A DNA stretch of 64,000 nucleotides, from assembly GCF_004353825.1 (NCBI RefSeq), contig NZ_SMNA01000006.1, positions 1 to 64,000 on the forward strand, in the 5' to 3' direction. The notes under the pieces were generated by a model. That model saw nothing but the letters and a program-made list of their open reading frames with translations. It made no database searches and was not told the DNA's origin. The DNA is from Occultella glacieicola (GTDB lineage: Bacteria > Actinomycetota > Actinomycetes > Actinomycetales > Beutenbergiaceae). Shown in pieces: positions 1 to 8,168 of the stretch. A program made the translations under genes and the position numbers. Positions within the stretch are counted from its first letter, which is position 1; every line of letters starts with the position of its first letter.

Positions 1-273
1 TGCCGGTATGTTCGGTCGCCCACCACGGCCCGCCCGGCGCCGGGACTCCCGCCGCGGGGATCGGCGCCCTCGTCCGCCCCGGCGGTGCACCCGGGGCCGG
101 TGGGGGCCGCCGCGGCGACCACGCGGGAACGCGCCGTCGGCGTGTCGGTGCAACACGCCGTCGGGCTCCGGGCACCCACGCCCGACCCCGGCGGTGACGC
201 GGGCGACCTGGCCGACGCGATCGCCGCCCTCCTCGACGACGAGGCGGACCTGCGCGGGGTGCGACGGCCATGA
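1..273 (+). CDS. 3' end of a Pro/Ala-rich protein of the injection-system operon (5'-truncated by the window edge)
   Basis: The frame is open from base 1 to TGA at 273. The low-complexity region ends in DLADAIAALLDDEADLRGVRRP, and the stop overlaps the next start (ATGA at 270-273). Confidence 0.6.
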   Translation, partial: CRYVRSPTTARPAPGLPPRGSAPSSAPAVHPGPVGAAAATTRERAVGVSVQHAVGLRAPTPDPGGDAGDLADAIAALLDDEADLRGVRRP

Positions 274-929
274 CCGCCTCCATGCCCCTGGTGGGCGACG
301 TGCCCCTCGCGTCGGTGCAACGCATCGAACACGAGCTGGACGGCGGGTTCGAGGCGGTCGGTGTGCCCGGCCTCGACGGAGACGTGCTGCAGCGCGCCGG
401 GCGCGGCGCCCACGTGATCCGCATGAGCGGCGTGCTGGCCGGTGAGACCGCGCGGGACGACCTCGGCACCCTCCAGGGCCTGGCCGGCGCGGGCGAGGAG
501 GTCGTCTTCTCGGCCGACATCACCAGCGCCCTGGAACTCGAGCGGGTGGTCGTCGCGTATCTGCACGTGCAGGAGGTGGCCGGCACCCAGAACCTCATCG
601 GCTACGAGGTGCACCTGGTGGAGAGCCCGCCCCTGCCCCCGCCCGCCGAGGTGAGCGCGTTCGGGGGCCTCGGTGACTTCGGGCTCGGCGACCTCGGCTT
701 CGACACGGACGTGCTCGGCGACATCGCCGGTCTGGCGGGTGAGGTGGCGGGTGCCGTCGACGCCGTGATGGAGGTCGCCGACCAACTCGCCGCCCTGGCC
801 GCCCTCGGATCCATCGACGTCGGTGGCCCGCTCGCCCCGATGAGTGACGCGGTCGGTGCCCTCACCTCCGGCGCCGGCACATTCGCGACCGTGACACAGT
901 CGCTCGGCACCCTCCTCGGGGGGCCGTGA
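270..929 (+). CDS. Tail tube-initiator-like protein (Mu 'DNA circularisation N-terminal' / P2 GpU-like)
   Basis: 219 aa with VPGLDGDVLQRAGRGAHVIRMSGVLAG, resembling DNA_circ_N/GpU-type domains. It lies directly upstream of the hub gene. Confidence 0.6.
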   Translation: MTASMPLVGDVPLASVQRIEHELDGGFEAVGVPGLDGDVLQRAGRGAHVIRMSGVLAGETARDDLGTLQGLAGAGEEVVFSADITSALELERVVVAYLHVQEVAGTQNLIGYEVHLVESPPLPPPAEVSAFGGLGDFGLGDLGFDTDVLGDIAGLAGEVAGAVDAVMEVADQLAALAALGSIDVGGPLAPMSDAVGALTSGAGTFATVTQSLGTLLGGP

Positions 930-1960
930 TGAGCGTGTTGACGGTCGCCGCGAGCGCCACGGTCGGCAGCCTGAGCTACGCCTCGAACATCTCCTCGGTC
1001 CGGGTGGACCTCGCGCTCGCCCCCGGAGTGGCCAGCGCACTGCTGGTGCTGCCCCGGGACCTGCGCGTCGAGGCCGAGCCGGGCGAGGACGTCGAGATCG
1101 CCCTCCGCGGCGAGGGCGAGGATGAGGTGCGCGTGTTCACGGGCACCGTGCAGGCCGTGCGGCGCTCGCTCGGCGAGGTCACCGTGATCTGCGGCGACGC
1201 TGCGGCCGCGCTCGCCGGGATCCGCACCGGTGCCACCTTCGAGCAGCAGTCGGCCGGCGCGATCGTGCGGGCCCTGATCCGGGAGGCGGGCGCGCGGGCC
1301 GGTACGGTCGACCTGGACCTCGACCTGGTCACCTACGTGGCTCATCAGGGCCGGACCGCACTCGAGCATGTCGCCACCCTCGCGGGCTGGGCGGGCGCCA
1401 TCGCCTCGTCGAACCCCGACGGCGGCCTGGACGTGCTGCGGTTCCCGTCACCGCCGGCCGACGTGGCGCTTCGCTACGGCCGGGAGATCGCCGAACTCAC
1501 CCTGACCGCCGGGCAACGGTCGGCCGACGTGGCCCTGGCCGGTTCCGGGCCGGCCGGGAGCACGTCCGCACCGGGTGCCCGCCGGCAGAGCACCGGCGTG
1601 GTGCCGAGCGACGCCGCCGGTCCGGACGCGACCACTGTGCGCGAGGCGGCCCCGGCCCTGCGCACGCCGACGGCCGTGAGCGGGGCCACCCGGGCCCGGA
1701 ACGCTCGCAACGGCGCGCCCCGGCTCACGGGCGGGTGCTGGCTGGTGCCCGGACTGCGGGCCGGCACCACCGTGGAGATCGCGGACGCACCACGACCGGG
1801 AGCGGCCGGACCGTGGCTGCTGACCCGGGTGCAGCACCGGGTCGGCCCGGGCGCCCGCGGGCTCACCCGGTTCGAGGGGATCGGCCTCGCGGCCACCGGC
1901 GGTGGAGCGCTCGGAGCCCTGCTCGGCGCCGCCGGCGACGCATTCGGGGGACTGCCGTGA
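926..1960 (+). CDS. Baseplate hub protein (gp27 / phage late control D-like; N-terminal half of VgrG)
   Basis: 344 aa with VFTGTV, TFEQQSAGAIVRALI and CWLVPGLRAGTTVEI...WLLTRVQHRV, the pattern of gp27/gpD hubs. GTGA overlaps occur at both ends. Confidence 0.75.
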   Translation: MMSVLTVAASATVGSLSYASNISSVRVDLALAPGVASALLVLPRDLRVEAEPGEDVEIALRGEGEDEVRVFTGTVQAVRRSLGEVTVICGDAAAALAGIRTGATFEQQSAGAIVRALIREAGARAGTVDLDLDLVTYVAHQGRTALEHVATLAGWAGAIASSNPDGGLDVLRFPSPPADVALRYGREIAELTLTAGQRSADVALAGSGPAGSTSAPGARRQSTGVVPSDAAGPDATTVREAAPALRTPTAVSGATRARNARNGAPRLTGGCWLVPGLRAGTTVEIADAPRPGAAGPWLLTRVQHRVGPGARGLTRFEGIGLAATGGGALGALLGAAGDAFGGLP

Positions 1961-2616
1961 GCTCGGCCCTGTTCGACTCGGTGACCCGGATCGCCCGGCA
2001 CGAGGTATCCGCGCGCCCGGCGGTGGCGATCGGCGTGGTCCGCGACGTGTTCGACGGCTCGGGCGCCCCACCGGACCACGCCGTGACCGTGGAACTGCGG
2101 GAGAGCGGACTCGTGCTGCCCGAGGTGACCATCGCCGTCGGAGCGCTCGGGGTCGCGGCCACCCCCGAACCCGGGGACCTCGTCGTCGTCGTGTTCGCCG
2201 ACGGTGACGTGCACGCCCCGGTGGTGGTGGGCCGGCTCTACCACGCCGACCTCGCTCCACCCGAGCACGGCGCCGGGGATCTCGTGCTCCGGCTGCCCGC
2301 CGGTTCCTCCGACCCCAACTTCCAGTTCGTGCTCCGCGGCGGCGATCCGAAACTCACGATCGGGCTCGGCCCCGACGTCCGGCTCGAGGCGGACGACGCC
2401 ATGGTGCACCTGGTGGTCGGCGACGCCGAGGCGAAACTCGAGGCGGCCGGCGGCGGCCGGGCCGAGATCATCGTCGGCGACGCGACCATCACCCTGACCG
2501 GTCGGGGCGACCTGGAACTGAGGACAACCGGAAAGCTCACGCTGCAGGGTGCGGACGTGGAGGTCAAGGGTGACTCCTCGGTGACCATCTCGGCGCCACA
2601 GGTGAAGGTGAACTGA
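1957..2616 (+). CDS. Spike protein (gp5 / phage baseplate assembly protein V, OB-fold plus short beta-helix)
   Basis: GTG at 1957 overlaps the hub stop. It contains PEPGDLVVVVFADGDVHAPVVVGRLY (gp5/gpV OB motif) and a C-terminal beta-repeat ending VTISAPQVKVN. Confidence 0.85.
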   Translation: MSSALFDSVTRIARHEVSARPAVAIGVVRDVFDGSGAPPDHAVTVELRESGLVLPEVTIAVGALGVAATPEPGDLVVVVFADGDVHAPVVVGRLYHADLAPPEHGAGDLVLRLPAGSSDPNFQFVLRGGDPKLTIGLGPDVRLEADDAMVHLVVGDAEAKLEAAGGGRAEIIVGDATITLTGRGDLELRTTGKLTLQGADVEVKGDSSVTISAPQVKVN

Positions 2617-2617
2617 C

Positions 2618-3016
2618 ATGGGCAGCCCCGCGGCGAACGGCGACTCGACGGTCCAGGGCGTGGACATCCATATCGTCATGGTGCCCTCACCCGGCGGTCC
2701 GATCCCGACCCCGCTGCCGCACCCGTTCTCCGGGACGATGTCCTCGGGTCTCGTCTCCAGCGTGCTGATCGCCGGGGCACCCGCCGCGGTGGTCGGCTCC
2801 GTCGCCGCCAACAAGCCGGCGCACGTGGCGACCCCGCCCGGGACCTCCTTCCAGAGCCCGCCCAAGGACCAGGGAAAGGTGTCGACGGGCAGCCGGAGCG
2901 TGACGATCGGTGGCCAGGGCGCCGCCCGGGCCGGGGACCCGGTCGAGACCTGCAACGACCCCGCCGACGCACCGGTCTCGGTGATCGTCGCCTCCACGTC
3001 GGTGCTGATCGGTTGA
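2618..3016 (+). CDS. PAAR-domain spike tip protein (stand-alone)
   Basis: 132 aa with MGSPAA..., PTPLPHPFSG, VLIAGAPAAVVGS, GSRSVTIGGQGAARAGDPVETCND and SVLIG. Confidence 0.9.
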   Translation: MGSPAANGDSTVQGVDIHIVMVPSPGGPIPTPLPHPFSGTMSSGLVSSVLIAGAPAAVVGSVAANKPAHVATPPGTSFQSPPKDQGKVSTGSRSVTIGGQGAARAGDPVETCNDPADAPVSVIVASTSVLIG

Positions 3017-3022
3017 GTGCCC

Positions 3023-3613
3023 ATGACCGACAGCAGGTACGCGCACCTCGGGACCGACCTCCGCGTCATCCTCGGCCCCGCCGGATTCGGCGCCCACGAC
3101 ACCTCCTCGTTGGACCTGCGGCCCGTGGCCAGGCCCGCACAGCGCGCCGTGCCCACGCGCAGGGGTCTGGGACCCCGGCCGCCGGTCGGTGCCGGCGCCG
3201 CCACCGACGTCGGTGCGCCCGGCGAGGGGGGATCGGCGCAGGGCTGGTCGCCCGAGCCGCCGGGCGCCGTCGAACTCGCGGACCTCGACCCGGTCACCGG
3301 GCGGGAGAACCTCGCGCAGGCCCTCACCCTGCGGCTGCTCACCCCGAAGGGCACGCTGGCCGCCCTCGGGCACGCCGGGTACGGCTCCCGCCTCGGGGAA
3401 CTGATCGGACGGAACAAGACCGAGGCGCTGCGCGGGCTGTGCCGCGCTTACATCCTCGAGGCGGTCCGCGAGGAACCCCGGGTGCAGGACAAGCCTCGGG
3501 CGATCGTCTTCGATCCGCGCCGTGAGCAGCCGTGGAACTTCGTGGTGGAGATCGTGGTGGTGCCCGTGACCGGCGGCGACCCGGTGACCCTCGGTCTGGA
3601 GGTAGGACTGTGA
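3023..3613 (+). CDS. gp25/GPW-like baseplate wedge (sheath initiator) protein
   Basis: Contains DLDPVTGRENLAQALTLRLLTPKGTL...GYGSRLGELIG...EEPRV, a gp25-type signature. The start may be ATG 3023 or GTG 3017. Confidence 0.8.
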   Translation: MTDSRYAHLGTDLRVILGPAGFGAHDTSSLDLRPVARPAQRAVPTRRGLGPRPPVGAGAATDVGAPGEGGSAQGWSPEPPGAVELADLDPVTGRENLAQALTLRLLTPKGTLAALGHAGYGSRLGELIGRNKTEALRGLCRAYILEAVREEPRVQDKPRAIVFDPRREQPWNFVVEIVVVPVTGGDPVTLGLEVGL

Positions 3614-5349
3614 CCGAGCAGCCGACCTACGGCCCACGCCTGTACCCGGACATCGTGCGGGACCTGCTCACCACGCTTACCGGCGGCACGGTGCGCGAGG
3701 CGGTCACCGCCCCCGTGGACGGACCGGTGGTGCTGGACCGGCTCGCCCAGCGGCCGGTCCGCCGGGTCTCCCACCTGGACGGGCTCACCCCGGTCGGCGC
3801 CACGAACGTCCCGGTGCGGTTCACCGACGCGGACTTCGAGCTCGCCGACCTCGACGGCGACGGTGAACCGGACGCGATCGTGTTCCGCGAGAACGGCCGC
3901 AAGCCGGCCCCGGGCACCACACTGACGGTCAACTACTACCCGGCGCAGATCGCCAGGCCGGTTCCGTTGACCGACCTGAACGTCGGATCCGTGGTGCGGA
4001 CCCTGCTCGAGACGGTCGGCCGGGAGGTCGCCCAGACCGAGCAGTACCTCGACCTCATCTACCGGTCGGCGTTCATCGAGACCGCCGAGGGCGGTTCGCT
4101 CGACCGGGTGGTCGCGCTGATCGGCATGCAGCGGCTGCCCGCGGGCTTCCCGCTGGTGAGCGTGCAGTTCTCCCGGAACGCGGCCACCGGCGGCCGGGTC
4201 ACCCTGCCGGCGGGCACCGTGGTCACCGACGCCGCCGCGAACCGGTACGCCACCGTGACGGATCTGAGCCTGGAGCCCGGCGAGGCGTCCCGCTCGGTGC
4301 TCGCCGCCGGCCTCACCCCGGACACCGCGCTCGTCGGGCCCGCCGCGCTCGACCGGTTCGAGACGATCGTCGCCGGGGTCACCACGGTCACCAACCCCGG
4401 TGAGGCCTACCGGCAGGCGGCCGCCGAGAGCGACACCGACCTGCGCCGCAGGTCCCGCGGTGCCCTGCACGGGGCCGTGCGCGGCACCATCGATGCGCTG
4501 CGCTTCGGGGTGCTCGCCGTGCAGGGGGTCCGATCGGTCGAGATCACCGAGTTCCCGAACGGGCGCGCGGGCGAGGTTCGGATCGACGTGGCCTACGAGA
4601 GTCCGGACGACACCGTGACACCCGGCGCGGTCGCTCGCCGCATCGAGGAGCTGCGCCCGGCCGGGATCAGGATCGTGCCCTGGCCGCCCGCGCCGGCGGC
4701 ACGCAGGCAGATCCGGGTGCAGGTGGCCCTCGTGCTCGCCGGGACCGGCGTGTCCGGCGCGGAGTTCGCCGGCCTGACGACCGGCGTCGAGGAACGGGTC
4801 ACGGCCCGCCTCACCGGTCTGGCCCCGGGCGCCCCGGTGCGGGTGAACGCCCTGGTCGCGGCCGTGCTCGCCGACGCCCGCATCGCCGACGCCGAGATCG
4901 GCTTCACCGGTGCCGACGGCACCGCGATCGGCACGCTCACCCTCGCCGCTGGGGAGGTGCTGGACGTGCTGCACCCGTTCGCCTTCCCGCCGCCGACGGC
5001 CGAACGCACCGACGCGACCCAGGTCGCGACCGTCTCCTTCGTCGAGGTCAGCCTGCCCGTGCACCTCCAGCCCGGCGTCACCCTCGCGGAGGCCGCGGAG
5101 GCGATCGGCCTCGCCATCGACGGCCACCTCGCCACCCGCAGCCCGGACCGCCCGCTCACCGTCGACGGCGTCGCGGCCGCCGTTCGGGACGACACCCGGT
5201 ACTCGCTCGTGCGGGAACTCGCGAGCCTGCTCGTGGAGCACGCCGGGCAGTTCACCCAGCTCCTCGACGGCCAGGGCAGCTACCAGGTGGGTGCGGCGGA
5301 GCAGCTCCAGCGCCGGGGGGACGCCGGCGTGAGCGAGGACGGGACATGA
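3610..5349 (+). CDS. Baseplate J / gp6-like wedge protein
   Basis: GTG at 3610 overlaps the previous stop. It contains NVGSVVRTLLETV, FIETAEGGSLDRVVALIGMQR, LPAGTVV, ESDTDLRRR, GTIDALRFGVLAVQGV and ELRPAGIRI. Confidence 0.9.
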   Translation: MTEQPTYGPRLYPDIVRDLLTTLTGGTVREAVTAPVDGPVVLDRLAQRPVRRVSHLDGLTPVGATNVPVRFTDADFELADLDGDGEPDAIVFRENGRKPAPGTTLTVNYYPAQIARPVPLTDLNVGSVVRTLLETVGREVAQTEQYLDLIYRSAFIETAEGGSLDRVVALIGMQRLPAGFPLVSVQFSRNAATGGRVTLPAGTVVTDAAANRYATVTDLSLEPGEASRSVLAAGLTPDTALVGPAALDRFETIVAGVTTVTNPGEAYRQAAAESDTDLRRRSRGALHGAVRGTIDALRFGVLAVQGVRSVEITEFPNGRAGEVRIDVAYESPDDTVTPGAVARRIEELRPAGIRIVPWPPAPAARRQIRVQVALVLAGTGVSGAEFAGLTTGVEERVTARLTGLAPGAPVRVNALVAAVLADARIADAEIGFTGADGTAIGTLTLAAGEVLDVLHPFAFPPPTAERTDATQVATVSFVEVSLPVHLQPGVTLAEAAEAIGLAIDGHLATRSPDRPLTVDGVAAAVRDDTRYSLVRELASLLVEHAGQFTQLLDGQGSYQVGAAEQLQRRGDAGVSEDGT

Positions 5350-6617
5350 GTGGCCACGCGGAGGCGATGACCGAGCGGTTGCCCACCCTGTACCGCGACG
5401 GTGACCTGGTTCGCGGCCTCGCCGAGGTGATCGGCCTCCAGCTCGAGATCCTCGACTCCGAGGCCCGCATCGTGCAGCGGGCACACTGGTTCGACGCCAC
5501 CGTGGAGCGGGCCGAGGCGGCCGCCCTCGGCGCCCTGCTCGGCATCGGCGCCGAGCCGTGGCAGACCCTGGGCGAGTACCGCGCCTGGTTCCACGCCCTG
5601 CGCACCGCCCGGGTGCGCGACGGTGCGGTCACCGGCGCGGCGCTACGGCGGTTCGTCACGATGTTCGCCGAGGCGTTCGAGCGGACCAATCGCCTGGAGG
5701 CCCTCGGTCCGTTCGACGCCTGGCCCCCGGCCGCGGTCCGCCGAGGGCACGCGTTCGTGGAGAACCCGCCCACCTCCAACGCGGCCCGGTTCGGCGGGGA
5801 CGCCGCCGAGCCGCTGACCCGGCAGGCGGTCACGAACACCGGGCTCGATGCCGCGGACGCGAGCATCCTGTTCACCGGCACCGCGGTGGGGGAGTACGTG
5901 CCGGTGATCGTCAACCTCACCACCGGGGAGGCGTTGGTCTACCTCGATGCCGTCGGGGTCGGGCAGCGGCTCTGGGTGTACGCCGGCGACGACCACACCG
6001 TGACTGCCGAACTCGAGCAGGCGGACGTGACGCACCGGATGCGGCACGTCCGGCGGGTCACCCCCGGGACCGCGTGGACCACCGACGACATCGGCGCCGA
6101 GACCCGGGCGTTGCGTCTGCCCCCCGGTGACAACGACCTCTGGTTCCTTCCGGTCGCGCACTTCGACTCCCCGGGCCTGGACCGGGTGCTGCTGGCCCTG
6201 GCGGACCTCGACCTGCACCAGGGTCGCTGGGACGCCACGACGTTCGACCACGCGCTGTTCTACCAGGACCCCGGCGTGGTCATCGACCTGACCTGGACCG
6301 AGACCGCCCCGGCCCAGGTCCGCCTGGACCTCGACGCGGGCACGCTGCTCAACGACTCCGGTGACACCGACGCCGCCCTGCTGGCCCGCGCCGAACTGGA
6401 CACCTCGCTCGGGCTGGGGGTCCGGTCGCTGGCCGCCGCCGGCGTGCGCGCCGAGGTACGGCTCCGCCCGCTGCACGACAGCCAGCGCCAACTCGACCAC
6501 CTGGTGTTCGTCAGCGGACGGCAGGTGAGTGAGGCGGGCACCGTCGGGATCGACCGGCTGCGCGACGCCGGCGGGGTGTACGGCGTCACCGGCTACGGCG
6601 ACAGCACGTACCAATAG
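5346..6617 (+). CDS. Baseplate wedge protein (gp7 / P2 gpI-like)
   Basis: 423 aa following baseplate J with an ATGA overlap. N-terminal ERLPTLYRD...HWFDAT...LGALLGI...EYR...GAVT and C-terminal AAAGVRAEV resemble gpI/gp7. Confidence 0.65.
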   Translation: MSGHAEAMTERLPTLYRDGDLVRGLAEVIGLQLEILDSEARIVQRAHWFDATVERAEAAALGALLGIGAEPWQTLGEYRAWFHALRTARVRDGAVTGAALRRFVTMFAEAFERTNRLEALGPFDAWPPAAVRRGHAFVENPPTSNAARFGGDAAEPLTRQAVTNTGLDAADASILFTGTAVGEYVPVIVNLTTGEALVYLDAVGVGQRLWVYAGDDHTVTAELEQADVTHRMRHVRRVTPGTAWTTDDIGAETRALRLPPGDNDLWFLPVAHFDSPGLDRVLLALADLDLHQGRWDATTFDHALFYQDPGVVIDLTWTETAPAQVRLDLDAGTLLNDSGDTDAALLARAELDTSLGLGVRSLAAAGVRAEVRLRPLHDSQRQLDHLVFVSGRQVSEAGTVGIDRLRDAGGVYGVTGYGDSTYQ

Positions 6618-6670
6618 GCAGGAACGGCCCGTGGAGCGGGCCGTCGACCAGGGATCGGAGGGAGCGAGCG

Positions 6671-7174
6671 ATGCGAGCGGTACTGCGACTGGAGCTGCGG
6701 GAGAGGTCCGGCGCGCTGCTGACCCGGCGCGAGGCCCACAACACCGTGCTCGCGACCGGTGGCCGGATGATCGCCGACCTGTTCTCCGGGGCGGGCGCGG
6801 CCATCACCCACATGTCGGTGGGCACCAGCGACGACGCACCGGACGCCGTCGACGTGACCGCCCTCGCGAACGACGACGGGACCGGGGCACCCGGCCTGGT
6901 CGGGGAGACCACCGTCGCGATCGACGCCGGGGCGTTCACGACCGAGGTGGACCAGACCCGCCGGCGGGTGGTGGTGCGGGTGCGGGCCACGCTCGGCGAC
7001 GCGGCCGCCGTCGGGACCCTGCGGGAGGCGAGCCTGATGTCCCGCCGCTCCGGCGGCGACGTGCTCTACAACCGCGTGGTGTTCCCGCCCGTGACGAAGG
7101 GCGACAACCACGACCTCTCCCTGTTCTGGGAGGTCGAGTTCCCGTACGGCGACCTGCAATGGCTCGTCCGATGA
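6671..7174 (+). CDS. Tail-fibre attachment (collar/fibre N-terminal-like) protein
   Basis: 167 aa after a GGAG RBS. The pattern HNTVLATGG..ITHMSVGT..LREASL..LYNRVVFPPVTK..LFWEVEF matches phage fibre N-terminal domains. Confidence 0.6.
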   Translation: MRAVLRLELRERSGALLTRREAHNTVLATGGRMIADLFSGAGAAITHMSVGTSDDAPDAVDVTALANDDGTGAPGLVGETTVAIDAGAFTTEVDQTRRRVVVRVRATLGDAAAVGTLREASLMSRRSGGDVLYNRVVFPPVTKGDNHDLSLFWEVEFPYGDLQWLVR

Positions 7175-7211
7175 CCAGCGGCGCGCGCGCCCGAGGCACG
7201 AGGAGGCAGTG

Positions 7212-8168
7212 ATGGCTGCGATCAAGGGCAGCTTGAACGTCAAGCTGAGCAACTACCCGCCGGCGAACGCCGGCGCGCTCGTGAAGCTCACGAACCCGTC
7301 CACGGGCCAGGTGATCGAGCGCAAGCCCTTCCTGGACGGCTCGCTCGTGGTGCGGGACATCGACCCGGGGGAGTGGCAGGTGCAGGTGCTGCACCCGAAC
7401 GTGACGCTGCCGCTGTTCGCGAAGCCGATCCGGGTGCTGCCGCAGCGGCTGCCCACGTTCGTGCCGGTCCCGATCGACCCGATCGACTTCCGGGACACGC
7501 CCATCGTGGACGTCCCGGACGCGAACCTGGCGCCCGTGCAGCAGGCCGCCTCCGCCGTGCGCACCCAGGCCAGCGCCGTCGGGGGCAAGGGCGCCGGTGA
7601 GGTGATCCGTGCGGAGGACTGGAACCAGCTCGTCGGCGCGGTCACCGACCTCGCCGGTGCGGTCCTGGAACTGGCCTCCCTGGTCAGCCCGCGGGGCCAC
7701 GACCACCCCGAGATCGCCACGAAGATCGACGAGGTCCAGGGCAATCTGCGCCGGTTCGTCACCGCGTTCGGGCAGAGCCTGCTCGAACTGCGCCGCGACA
7801 TCGAGAACGAGAACCTGCGCCGGTACACGGTCGACATGCTCGACGTCGGGGGCGTGGTCGGTCCGGCGCGGGACCGGATCATCGGCCGGGTCGCCGAGCT
7901 GGAGACGTCGCTGTACGCGACCCCGGTGGAGTTCAGCGCCAAGATGGCGGCGACCGGCACCGTGCTCGCCGCGGAGGTGAACGAGATCGCGGTCGGCAAG
8001 GGCGCCGAGGCGGCGGAGTTCCTCGCCACGCCGCAGGTGCAGAAGGTCCTCACGCTGTCCCAGTCGCTGGCCGCCTCGGGCGGGCAGATCACGGCCGAGG
8101 AGGAGCTCGGCACCTACCGCCGGACCGGGGTGGCCCTGGGCGGGTCCAAGGTCGGGTTCCTGAGATGA
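7212..8168 (+). CDS. Putative fibre/baseplate-associated protein with an N-terminal beta-sandwich and a G-E-V-I-x-A-x-D-W-N / HxH motif
   Basis: AGGAGG RBS. It contains DGSLVVRDIDPGEWQVQV (carboxypeptidase-regulatory-like sandwich) and GEVIRAEDWNQLV...HDHP. Confidence 0.5.
   Translation: MAAIKGSLNVKLSNYPPANAGALVKLTNPSTGQVIERKPFLDGSLVVRDIDPGEWQVQVLHPNVTLPLFAKPIRVLPQRLPTFVPVPIDPIDFRDTPIVDVPDANLAPVQQAASAVRTQASAVGGKGAGEVIRAEDWNQLVGAVTDLAGAVLELASLVSPRGHDHPEIATKIDEVQGNLRRFVTAFGQSLLELRRDIENENLRRYTVDMLDVGGVVGPARDRIIGRVAELETSLYATPVEFSAKMAATGTVLAAEVNEIAVGKGAEAAEFLATPQVQKVLTLSQSLAASGGQITAEEELGTYRRTGVALGGSKVGFLR

Noticed and set aside
6624..6644. 8-bp hairpin ACGGCCCG-TGGAG-CGGGCCGT between baseplate and fibre genes
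   Set aside because: It is short, has no U-tract and is plausible by chance at this GC content, so it is too weak to call a terminator.
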